In this document: positions 26,478 through 37,730 of the stretch, piece after piece
How positions within the stretch are numbered: the stretch's first letter is position 1
How the letters are laid out: each line of letters opens with the position of its first letter
The notes under the pieces: generated by a model
Told to the model about the DNA's origin: nothing
Database searches by the model: none
Seen by the model: only the letters and a program-made list of their open reading frames with translations
Translations under genes and position numbers: made by a program
Assembly: GCA_012295275.1 (NCBI GenBank)
Contig: CM022672.1
Coordinates: 23,126,001-23,190,000, forward strand
DNA length: 64,000 nucleotides
Direction of reading: 5' to 3'
Origin: Chrysomallon squamiferum
Lineage: Eukaryota; Animalia; Mollusca

Positions 26478-27708
26478 GTAGCAGCCTCAGCTAATAGACT
26501 GTTTCGTTGTGATACGTCGCGGAGGTTTAACGTGTAATAAAACCAAAGTTAATTTTTCAAAATCAAAGAAAATTACGGATCAACTGCAGAGCTTGGTGTA
26601 AAGGTTCTTGACACAATAAGAGGCAAAAGCCAATAACGAATCCAGGATATTAAAAAAAAAAAAAAATACGGGAGAAATGTTATTGTGATGAATGTAATTT
26701 TCAAAGACGAAATGAATTTGATTAAAAAGGACAAAATTCTGTAATTGGTTAGCAGACGAAATAGTATAGGACTGCATGTCGGGAGTCGCTGTATTCCACT
26801 TTAGAGCAGCATACTGTTTGGATTTCTGAAATACCCACGTCTCAGCTTGTTACTGTAACCATGTAATAGGACTTTGTGGATAACAAGCTGGCTTTACTCC
26901 AATATTAATCTTTATATAGGCTACATAATGAAATATAACACTGTCCAAGGTTATTATTTTCAACACCAATTTTCACTTTTATTTTGCTTTTAAGTAAAAT
27001 AAAATGAAATATGAGCAATAAAATGCTTTGATGTATAGATATAAAAGATTAAAGCTAACTACATAAACATATTTTAGGAATACAAAGCTTTGGATTTCTT
27101 TAACATTAGCAAATGATTCACAGTTACGTAAAAGTCCACGTAAAATGGAATGATTGTTGTAATGTATATTAATTCCCCTTTACCACGTTTTTAAACTTTA
27201 AAAATTACCCATTGTTCACTTTTGTGAATTTAAAAGTACTGGGCAGTTAAAAACGAAAACAGTAACAACAATGTAAAATCAGTAAGAAAATTCGAAATAG
27301 TCGTCATTACCATCATAATAATCGACAACACAATACCGATTTCCACCCAGTTTTGGACAAACCTTTAAATGTAGGCCTACAGTTCACAACATGCTTTAGC
27401 ATGCAGAACAAGCAATTTTAAAACGTCACCATGGCAACGTTAAAAGTTTTCCGCAGACACAATTAACTATGACTACATCTGCGAATTAAGCGAGAATCTC
27501 AGACTATGTTGTTGCAGCAGTGAAGTGTCATAAACAATAAAAAAAAAATATATTTTTACAGAAAATTCACGCGGGTTTCTGGAATGTGTCTCTTCAGACA
27601 ACAGGAAATCGAAAAAGCCACGCGTTAGCGTAGAGCGACTTACGTAATAAAGGTAATACTATATTTCATCATGGTGGCATCTGGTTGTGCTAAATTAGCA
27701 GACAGCAA

Positions 27709-28041
27709 CAGAGGCGGAACAAAGATTGTGTTAAGGTGGGGTTACAGTGTCAGTAACTGTTTGTAGAATCACATGTTCTTAGGGCGTTATATAATGTGTA
27801 CATGTGTTTTTTTTTTTTTTTGTTATTATTTTGTATGGTATATACATTAATTATTTAATGCATTTAATACGTGTTTTTTTGCATCTGTGTACGTAAGTAT
27901 GTATGGGTGTTTATGTGTATATGTATGTATGTTCGTTTCCAATAAAACGAAATGTAAAAATCATGATATATTTATTAATATTTTATATGGCAGCTGAAAA
28001 AAATGTTAAAACCCTCTAACCGCTGACTGGATACGCCGCTG
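27709..28041. mobile_element. Possible decayed MITE
   Basis: Imperfect terminal inverted repeats CAGAGGCGGAAC (27709-27720) and CTGGATACGCCGCTG (28027-28041), of the CAGGGGCGGATCCAG type; no TSD recognisable. Confidence 0.3.
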
Positions 28042-28979
28042 AGTTACAGTTTTGACAGGATCTGTTATTCATAATTCTATTACACATCGACCTAATCTTT
28101 CTCTAACCATAATACGACGTTAGGATATCAGCTCGTCTTTTACTGGTTGCAATCAAACCGCAGACTCGACTGACACTTGTCTAAATTTCCTCGCGGAAAA
28201 AAACCGTCTGCGTGGCACTTATGTTTTAAATTAGAATGTTTTAGACGATTGGTGTTTATGTTTCTTTCTCGTTACTGAAACAAGTGACATCTTTTTTTTT
28301 TCATCCTCTTGAGATTAAATTAAGTTATTATTATTATTATTGTAAAAAAAAAAATCAAGTTCACTGAGTTTAAACTGATAAAACACATACACTGATGAGT
28401 TTGTTATTTTACATATTTTAATTAAGTAACAAGAAAACTGAAGTTTGCAATCAATTACATTTATTGCTTTTACACTAAAATAACCCGAAGCTAATTGAGA
28501 GTTTTGAAAAGAGGCTTAAATTTAAAACTGCCAGATTTAATAAACATATCAAGTATTGCGAGTCATTCGAATTTTATCGTCTTGTAAAATACTTATATAC
28601 TTAATAAAATACGTAATATTCATTGAAAGCAAGATTGATGTTTTCATTTGACAGTGAAGAGAAGGAGGGTCATGGTTCTGTTTATCCCAGCACGCTTAGT
28701 AATCCGCTGACGAAAGCAGTGGAAAACATTACATTTCGTTATATGTCAAATTAAATCATATAAATAATATCAGGCAGTATTATTGTTTAATTGCGACATA
28801 CATCTTGGTGACTTCTAACCTACAGTTTCCTCAGATGTTCATTTTAAAAACACAACCTCCAAACATTATTCAGTTTACATTGATAGAAACACTATTCAAA
28901 GCATTCATACTTAGAAATATGATTGATATTATCTTAACAAAAATCGCGTAATGTCAAAATTTACAGACAGAACATTTTT

Positions 28980-29600
28980 AGCAACACCTGTTCAACGAGT
29001 TGCTGCCTGTGAAAGTAACTCTAGAAGTAGATATTCTAATTTCTAGAAAATGAAACCTGCCAATTGGACTAAATGTTGACAGATAGAAAATCGACACGAT
29101 GAACAGAAAAACAGACACAGTAATCATAGACTTGACACATAGATGAAGGAAAGCAATAATTTGTAGGTTCTGTATTTGCCGGTCAGATTCCAAGTTAAGA
29201 CGTTCCCGAAATATACGACTGATCACGAAAAGAGAATAGCTTATATTGCTAGCCATGTGAAAGCCAGTGCATAAAATTGCATTTAATAGTTTCCCTTTTT
29301 CTATCAGTATAAGGATTTGTATAAACTTTACGCTCTTAGGTTCTGTATAAACAAATATTATTACTGGACCTTGACGCCTTTGAATCAGATCTAATCTCGT
29401 ATGTGACGCTGTCTTCGCTATATTCCCCAAGGGTTTTCAGTTTAATGACAGGAGTACATATTTCAGAATGACGTATCTAAAACTTATCTGACTTTTTCAA
29501 CACGTGTCTTTTTGGATACAGCTCGCTTCATGCTTGATAACATATTAAAGATTTCACCAGCGATTTAGTTCGAATGTAGCGTTGCGGGTGTTTTTCCTTG
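28980..29600 (-). mobile_element. Decayed 3' fragment of a CR1/L2-group LINE ORF2
   Basis: Across frameshifts the minus strand reads AGEIFNMLSSMKRAVSKKT / ISFRYVILKY / GNIAKTASHTRLDLIQRR / KLLNAIL..SNISYSL / NTEPTNYCFPSS, the same order as post-RT motifs of these LINEs (LN.LR.LK..L.RKTL, YKSFIRP.LEY, VW.N..L..IQ, KM.NGL..Y.LR, RT..Y.NSF.PS). Explains the 150-aa ORF 28978..29430. Confidence 0.4.
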
Positions 29601-31512
29601 ATATAAACTTTATCTGTCAGTGTATTTATTATTGTGAAACCAAACATTCAGAACTTTTCAAATAAAAAATTTAGCTTTATTTCTGTCTGACGTATTGGTA
29701 TGTTACTCATTACATACTAACTGCAAATGGTTTGCGTTTTCGAAAATGATAAAAAAAGATTTTAATTATGTACTCCTTACGTAGAGGCACATGCTTCATA
29801 CAAACATACGTACATGTTTTCTTCTGTGGATTAGTTTATAAGAAACATTTCCCAAATCCTCATTTCTAGCTGTATGCACAAGGTACCACTAACAGGGAGA
29901 CAGCACATACACACCAGCACACACCTTACCTCTAAATTTTAAGTTATATTATCCTCCTTGAACAAATTAAAAACTTAACATGTATCGCATACTCCTGATT
30001 TATAAAATAAAATTTAAAAAATCCCTATATATATATAATAAAAAAAATTCAAATATTTAACCACCTCTGAAAATCCAGTTATATCAACCACCATCACCAC
30101 CACCACCACCAACCTGCAGAAGCCACTTCATCAACAAAAACAAAAACTGTGGAATATTACAGTAACACTCTAAAAAGAGTAGAGATACATAAATATTCTT
30201 TCTTTCTTTACACAAAGTTAACGTCTACGACTGACAGACAAGTATATCTAACAGATGGACCACTACAGACGGACGCTGGACGTACGAGATGTTTGTTGAC
30301 GAGACCTTTTTCTCCTGTGAGTTTAGCCGAACAAGACTGTTAAGACGATTCCAGATGTCCTATTGTCTGGTAAGTATTAGCCCACCTTGGCGAGAAAATA
30401 AACAGATAGACTTAAAATAAACACGCCACTGCATGAAGCGGTAAACATAGCAAGTTTATGGTAGACTATTTCAAGTTGGTTAACGTTAATGCTTGTCAAG
30501 AGTGCCTAGTATTAAGAATTTAAAAACAATAATAATTAAAAATAATGGCTATTTGGAATATGTGGCTTTGTTTTTGATAGCGCACACACTTCACATCTTC
30601 TTTATGCTGTTGGTATTAGAATGCCAAACTAATGATACTGTTATATACTAATTTTATGAGAGATAGTTCATGAGCTCTGTATTAATTAGTAGTAAGCGAT
30701 CTTTATATGCTCTCTGTTATAAACTGAAAAGATGGTATTTATTTTTCTTGGCCGACTTGATGTATGTAGTTGCAGTCACAAGATATAAAACAAATCAAAA
30801 CAAGTAACAAATAATGAATGCACCAGATACCTGTTTTTCTAACACTTAATTAGCAATATTTATTGTGAATATATACATATATTTAGCTTCTTTTTCCGAT
30901 TATAAAATTTAAAAAATTAAAAATATAATTAAAGTAAAAATGAAGAAAAGCCTCAAAAAACTAAAAATGATCATTGAAATTTTTTATATTTTATGTTCAA
31001 AGAACTAACATTAGCTCTAGATATTCTAGCCCATGAAACAGTACGCAAAATACTGAACAGACCTTAATTAATATTAGATTTCAATATTAAAATTAATACG
31101 TCCTGTGAACGTAAATCTTAAAACCGTACTTTACCATTAGGTTGAAGTTAATGACAAAGTCAATGTTTGCAAGCAAGATGCATGAACCAACTTGAATAAT
31201 AAACATGTCGATCGCCTTTGACATTTGACACCAGGGTTCTCGTAATGTCTGTTTATATGTAACTATAGAACTTTCTGTTACTGATTTCGAGCGTAGGCAA
31301 ATGTTTATACACTCGTTTGTTGTCGAGTTTAGCGGCGATATGCTTGGAAAGAGTGTGACAAAAGAAACTTGCTAACAGAGGAGGACTGCCACGTGATAAT
31401 TGATCGCAAATGTTGAACGATAAAACACGACAATGGAAGAATGGTGAAAGCGACTAATACAAGTCCTCTACAGCTTTAAGAAACATTATTGATATGTTCT
31501 ACTGTTAATATA

Positions 31513-31816
31513 ATGAATGAATGTTTAACGACATCTCAGCATATTTTAATACTAATGGTTAATAAGTGTAAACGTTACATTTCATGTATAACGATGACAA
31601 CAGAGATACGAGTTGTTACTACAGTTACTGCTTCGATTATTGGTTTCGATTAGCAGCTAGGAAATCTTTATATGCACCTTCTCTAAGGTAGTAAAATACG
31701 TGTTTGCCTTTTCCGGGGTAATAGCTGGAATACGAAGAACTCGATATGACGCTAAGAAAGATTGATCTTATGACCTAACACGCATCAGCCTAATTTGGAA
31801 TTCACTGAGCTGCATT
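31513..31816 (-). mobile_element. Decayed tRNA-derived SINE, near full length
   Basis: Tail ATGAATGAATGTTTAACGACATCTCAGCA, core TTTCGATTAGCAGCTAGGAAATCTTTATATGCACC, GCTGGAATACGAAG, head ATTGATCTTATGACC..CGCATCAG..CACTGAGCTGC. Confidence 0.65.
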
Positions 31817-32448
31817 GGGCTTCAGCAGCAATGACGGACACAATGGTTAAACCACAGTTAATAAGACCTGTAGGTAATTATTTCCTACACGCTGCTGACT
31901 CTTTTTCAAAGCAAATTCAGGAGGTGCAAGATATCTTCACCCTTTCTAACATGTAAACATAACAATATGGCTTGACTTGTAGCCAAGGCTTTTTGAATTT
32001 TATCAACTGAAAGTAAACCCGTTTTAAATACACGAAGATGGTTATTGATATTGTAAAATTAAAATATTTCATAACTGTTTAGAAAGGGAGAAAGATATAT
32101 AATTTTCATTAGTCAGAACTCGATTTTTGCTTAATAAAAACAATATTAGGATAAATTAACAATATCACTAAATACAATTTCTTCAGTGTTGGAAGTAAAA
32201 CGTCAATGCCATCTGTGAACACAAATGACAGAACATGCAATATGCAAACGATTTCGGCTAATTAATAGAAATTTCTTTGTAGAGATATTTCTATATTGAC
32301 AATCTGTCAAAACACATGGGGTTAATTATGGAATGGTTTTAGTCAGAGTTCCCAATTAGTGAAATGGAACGTGGAGAAACGAGTTTGCCAAACAAATGAG
32401 CACAACGAAATAGGATAGATGTTTTATGTTTATCGTTACATAAATAAT

Positions 32449-32581
<133 letters not shown>

Positions 32582-33049
32582 ATAGCACATTGCCATTAAA
32601 ATTGAAACTAAATAATAGTAATCTTATTGTACATAACCTAAATAATTCTTCAAAGTTCGAAGCTTTTATATCGATTTAATTAAATGTACCAAGAGACTGA
32701 TGTATACGGATGCTATCAGAACACTAATTTGTGATTTAAGATCTATTTCAACAGTAATTCAAATACATTATAAAGGGGATAAATTATTTATTCTCTGTTG
32801 GTACGAAGTACTTTTTAATGTAATATTACTGTTCATATATTCCCGATTCAGTTTTTAACAATAACATTAATTTTATTATGACCATCTGACATATATAATA
32901 AACCAACTAATCGTCCAACGAATTAACCTAGCTCAACAAAACCAACCAAATTATCAGTCCCTCAAACCCACCCAACCAACCAATTAACTGAAATGCATCT
33001 GATAAGAAACAGAGCAGTGTTTTGCATCTCCTATGCTACTAACAACCCC

Positions 33050-33130
33050 AGGAGCTACACCAGGAGTCGATCTCAAAACCGTCAGCTCTTACTGTTTAGT
33101 TACTCGATCACCTGGGCTAGTCCTGACACG
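33050..33130 (-). mobile_element. SINE tRNA-like head remnant
   Basis: GTCGATCTCAAAACCG..CACCTGGGCTAGTCC matches the head end of the 31513 copy. Confidence 0.4.
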
Positions 33131-34057
33131 TACGTCAAAGACATTCCTCTCTCCATATTAACTCTATTACATGCAAACCACCTCGTTTGTCAAGGCGCAA
33201 GGAATATCCAGTTTCAGTGTGATAATCCTTCTACTTAGAGATAATTTTATGGTATTGTGTGAGATGAAAGGGTTAAATCTTATCTCAAGTGTTTGCTGCC
33301 TGTAACGTACGCTGGGCCAACAAATGTGATGGGCATCTGCAGTTTGTCAAATTGTAATGGGCATAATTAATAAAACATAAAAAAAAATAATTGTTGGTTA
33401 GATCTGATTTCTGGCATGTGGTTTTATAAGAAATGAGTTTCATATGGCTGGCGTGTTTGTTGATGTTCGAATTAGAAGCTGAGTATATTTAATTGCATTA
33501 ACGTGTATTTTCAAGTTCGCGTGCGCACATACAGATACAAGCCTATATGTTTTTATTTGTTACGTGTATGTAGGAATAATAAATAAATACATAAATAATC
33601 ATTGCTTCTTGCATGTACACATGGGCACGTTAAAATGAATTTAATATTTGGAGACGGGATGCAGGAGAGTACCCAGACTCAAGGGTTGATTCTGGATCCA
33701 TGCCTGGTGTTATCGTTTAAATCAAGTAAGCAAACACCTTCGTTCACTTTCGTTTATTTACAACACTCAGTTCGGTATAAAGAAAGGGAGATTTGTTTGA
33801 ATAAAATTTTAGATGGGCGTGCTTTTTAAACACGAACTGTTGTTTTAAAACGAAATTTCTGTAGTATCCAAGATACCTCGATCAAATAAAACAGAAAAGT
33901 GTGCCGGTAAAACGTGATTCCGTACTGTAGCTAAATCCGTACCTGTCTGTCGAATCTAACGGCCAAAGCAAACAAGTAACAGGTGGGTTTAAGAAAAATA
34001 AAGGAAAAAGAAAATAAAAGCAAAATCAGGTTAGAGAAAGTAACATGAAGTGCAGTC

Positions 34058-34066
34058 ACTCACCTG
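34058..34066 (-). other. 5' splice donor ending the Tincar-like exon (phase 1)
   Basis: Minus strand reads ACA ACA G|GTGAGT, a consensus donor where the coding-like composition ends. Confidence 0.85.
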
Positions 34067-34527
34067 TTGTTTTGTAGCCATACTCCACCTCCACAGCCGT
34101 GACGAAAGTTTCAGGTAACAGCAGCAAGAAGGCTGAAATAAGGTGACACGTCTGAGCAATGGGGCAGAAATGTTGCCAAAACCTCTTTACACACGGCGTT
34201 TTGATCTTCTTGCATAACGCCTCCATGTTCGAGTTCAACGCATGATCCCTTCCCAGCTTAACGCCGTCGTTGGCGTAGTTTCCCACTCGGAGGAATGCGG
34301 CTATCACGAATAACGGAAGCACAAGGAACGAGAGCACGATCAGGGTCACATGGGCGGATACCTCTGCTGGGGTGTTCCCCCCCCCCCGGCCACGCCCGAC
34401 CCTCACACTGCTGGTATCGGATGATGGACCGGAACGATGTGTATCCATGGAAACCGAGGACACAGAAACAGTAACAGATTGACCAGAATGAATTTAAACT
34501 GGTACTTTTAGTTATTATTCCAGCCAT
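34064..34527 (-). CDS. tinc: First coding exon of a Tincar-like multipass membrane protein, with a 1-nt frameshift at the G11 run 34377-34387
   Basis: ATG at 34527 in a good context (CCAAC ATG G). Joining ORF 34258..34527 to ORF 34056..34463 by deleting one G gives 154 codons: MAGIITKSTSLNSFWSICYCFCVLGFHGYTSFRSIIRYQQCEGRAWPGGGNTPAEVSAHVTLIVLSFLVLPLFVIAAFLRVGNYANDGVKLGRDHALNSNMEALCKKIKTPCVKRFWQHFCPIAQTCHLISAFLLLLPETFVTAVEVEYGYKTT. It has three hydrophobic segments and matches, in order, blocks I recall from Drosophila Tincar (LNSLWSIWY; PVAELNLQIVL..LLPVFFTSAVFKVGNLANDGIKLA; LWTHGGPTAAFVHIVIALCLLLPRLLLEARIIENG). Homology is from memory, not a search. Confidence 0.85.
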
Positions 34528-34739
34528 GTTGGTAATATCTTCAGTAAATCCTTTTCAGTGAATTATTTTCAGAAAGGAGGATTATATATACACTGCTTAT
34601 ATATATATATAACAGTTATCAGTATAGTATGCATTTAATAAATTCATAACAAATATAACACAATCATATAAAAATATAGCATCTTAATCAAACCCTGTAC
34701 TTTTTAATCATTACGTTCAGAACAAATAGTTTCACAGAG

Positions 34740-35530
34740 TCACAATGGATGAATCCATGTAATCCATTTTGTTTCAGTTGATTCCAATCTCCGCATCAAA
34801 CTGATGTCGTCTGCTAGCGGGCTTTTTCTTAGATCGTCTGCTCAGCTATCCACCGGTTAATCCGCAGTTTTCCCAACGAGCAGAAACGAAAATTCCAACA
34901 GTCATCTTATCAGCTTCACATTTACGCACGGGGTGCCTGGAAAATAAAACAAAAATCTCAAATCAACACCATTCGGCCAGATTTCTAACATTTGTCTTCA
35001 GCGAAACAAAAGAATTCCATTTAAAAAAAAAAAAAAAAAAAAAATTTCGTCTGACTGATAAACGAGCAGACGATGCTTTTTGGTGAATGGTACATGCACT
35101 GAAATCTTCGCTTCAGCTCTCTCTTGTTTATTTCACGGCGTAACTTTCGGAACGTTAGCGAAGTTTAACGACTATCACTTTCCAGCGACCGTCTGTAAAC
35201 ACACTGGATATAAGACTGATCTCTCGAAGCACGGTACAGCCGTAGTAACCACCGCGTTACAACGATAACATGCTTCCCTGCATGGAGTACCTGCCTTCTT
35301 TCTCTCGCCGCTGTTCTGTTTGTGTAACCTCTCATTGGAAGACTCCGCCGGCCGGCGTCTCATTCCTTCGAAGTCGTTTGGAAAAATGGCAGCGAGCCGG
35401 CAGAAGTGTCGTTCGTTCGTCTGCTCGCCGCATTGTTTGTGCAAAAAGCCTGTGCTTGGAATTAAAACAGAACGCCAGTGGATCTGCCAACGGTTTGACG
35501 TATTAGAAATGCCGACTGGATGACAATGGG
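34740..35530 (-). promoter_or_regulatory. CpG-rich 5'UTR/promoter region of the Tincar-like gene
   Basis: GC/CpG-rich block directly upstream of the ATG in a very AT-rich background; contains four AGCAGACGA 9-mers and a YY1-like AAAATGGC (35383-35390). TSS cannot be placed. Confidence 0.55.
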
Positions 35531-36469
35531 ACAAAGCTTGTGTTTCTAATGAATGGCATTCTCACATATGCTTTTAAATTCCAGAGATGAATCAGAATTT
35601 TATTATTTGTAATTTTTTTTTTTTCATCCTAATGGATTATTGATTTAAAAGGAATGACGACGAAAAAGAAAAAAAGAAAGACCCCCCCCAAAACAACAAC
35701 AAACAACAATAAAATTATATATATATAAAAATGCGATTACTGTTGTTATTAATTAATTATTATTATTGTTGCTGGAATTATCGTAAAAGTTCATTATTAT
35801 TATGGTTGTTGTAGTTGTTGTGATATAAATATTTTATTAAAACCTATTTCTCTGATACCTTATGTGTGTTCATAATCATCCTTAATTAGTTCACTCCTTT
35901 TCAGGATATACAACAACAATATTAATTTACTTGTATTATAATATCATACTGCTCTAATATTTTTTAATGTGACTTTTCTTTTTACTCTTTTAACAACAAC
36001 AACAACAACAAAACATTAACAAAACAAAGAAATAAAAAAATTCTAAATCAAATGCTAACCTTCTCTTATATGGAACAACACTTTATGGCCTATTTAGCGA
36101 AAAAACACGAGTATTTCCGACCATGAAATATTGATAAATTTCCGTTCACTAGGCGCGATAATGATGACTGACAAACAGAGATCAACAAAGCATATTCTGT
36201 TGAGTAAATCGCACCGCTATTAATGAAGCACCGCTTTGTTTGGCGACATCCGACACACGACTTTCACACGTCGAGTCGACCAACTGCTCGATTGGTTGAT
36301 CGATACGTCAATCACTTTTCTTTATTAACTGTTCGGTTTCACTTTGTCGCATACTTGTTGCTGGCTAATGCAAATAACTTGACAAAGTAAAGATTATTGA
36401 TGTACTTTGTTGCTCGGCAACACAAAGACAGTTAGCTCAAGATTACAGGTATAAAGTGTTCGGGGTTGC

Positions 36470-36570
36470 ACCGCGCAGAAGCTGACTGCTAGAAAGTGTA
36501 CTCGATGAGCGAAAAGTCACCGATCGTATCGAAGGTTATTTCCCGTTCCAGTAATAACATTCAAACTGCT
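36470..36570 (+). mobile_element. SINE 5' remnant
   Basis: GGTTATTTCCCGTTCCAG block shared with the 17521 and 23420 copies. Confidence 0.3.
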
Positions 36571-36661
36571 TACTAGGAAAATCTTATATTAGAATGTACT
36601 AAAATTTTCTTTTGAGACTTTATAAAATAAAATACAAAATAAAATGAAACAAATACAGAAG

Positions 36662-36703
36662 AGAAGAAGAAGAAGAAGAAGAAGAAGAAGAAGAAGAAGA
36701 AGA
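36662..36703. repeat. (AGA)n microsatellite
   Basis: Direct observation; source of the poly-R ORF. Confidence 0.95.
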
Positions 36704-37264
36704 AAAAAACGTTCTCTGTTAAAAGCCTGCTCAATTATTTTTCGTTTCATTCAAAAATGGAATAAATCAAACCAGCCTATTACTCGATCAGACAATGTAG
36801 TTAGCAGAAAATCGTTATTACAGAGAAGGAAGAGAAAAAAAAAAAAATAGAAAAAAGAATGTAATACAGCAATAGATGGAAAAAATAACTGTCCATCACT
36901 GCAGAACAACAACAGAAAAAAATAATAATAAATAAATAAATAAAAAACAAAAAAATAAAAAATAAACCCCAAACCCCCCAACACTCCCCCAATTTTCAAC
37001 AAAACAAAACACTAACCTCTGAACGTATACCTACGTACAATAATCTTAGTGAAATAACAACATAAGTATAGCCTTATTTATTCTGTGTTTTTTTTTTGGT
37101 TCTTTTTTTCTACATAGTTGAAGAGATATTTCGGATTGGATTTCTTCTCGGATGGAAGTAGACTGCTGGATTACATTAGCTAAATTGGCACATACAGTCG
37201 GACCTCCATTTATCAGACCAAAAGTGGGTAAAACTTCTCCAGAAAAGGAAAAATCCAGAAATAT

Positions 37265-37269
37265 CACAC

Positions 37270-37349
<80 letters not shown>
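37265..37349. repeat. (CA)n(CT)n compound microsatellite
   Basis: Direct observation. Confidence 0.97.
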
Positions 37350-37352
<3 letters not shown>

Positions 37353-37694
37353 AAAATGAAAATAAAAATAGCAAAATATGTAAATAACTGTTTACTTTAA
37401 TGAACATAATAGATGAATATAAATGTGAAGTAATGCACGAAAGAGATTATATACTAATATTTTGAATTTTAAACTTTATTTTATTATATGTAGTGCATTC
37501 GGTGACTTTTAATAAAAATATCTTTCTTTCTGCCTCTCTGTCTGTATTGAAACTGTTTATCAAATTTAGTACGTAAAACCATAAAGTCAGTACAAACTGA
37601 TTCAGTCTTCAGATGCACTAAATCCATCACGTGTTCACTGATGTACAGAAGGTAAATGCAAGGAACAATTTTTAACCTGAGAGAAACAGACCTT

Positions 37695-37730
37695 CACTTT
37701 GAAACACTTTGAAACACTTTGGAACACTTT
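37695..37730. repeat. 10-bp tandem repeat (CACTTTGAAA) x ~3.5
   Basis: Direct observation. Confidence 0.85.

Noticed and set aside
30225-30365. Minus-strand DIWNRLNSLV as Tincar exon 2
   Set aside because: Phase incompatible with the phase-1 donor; no T[ED]LD motif.
33050-33130. tRNA gene
   Set aside because: No cloverleaf; fits a decayed SINE head. No intact tRNA or rRNA gene was seen in the window.
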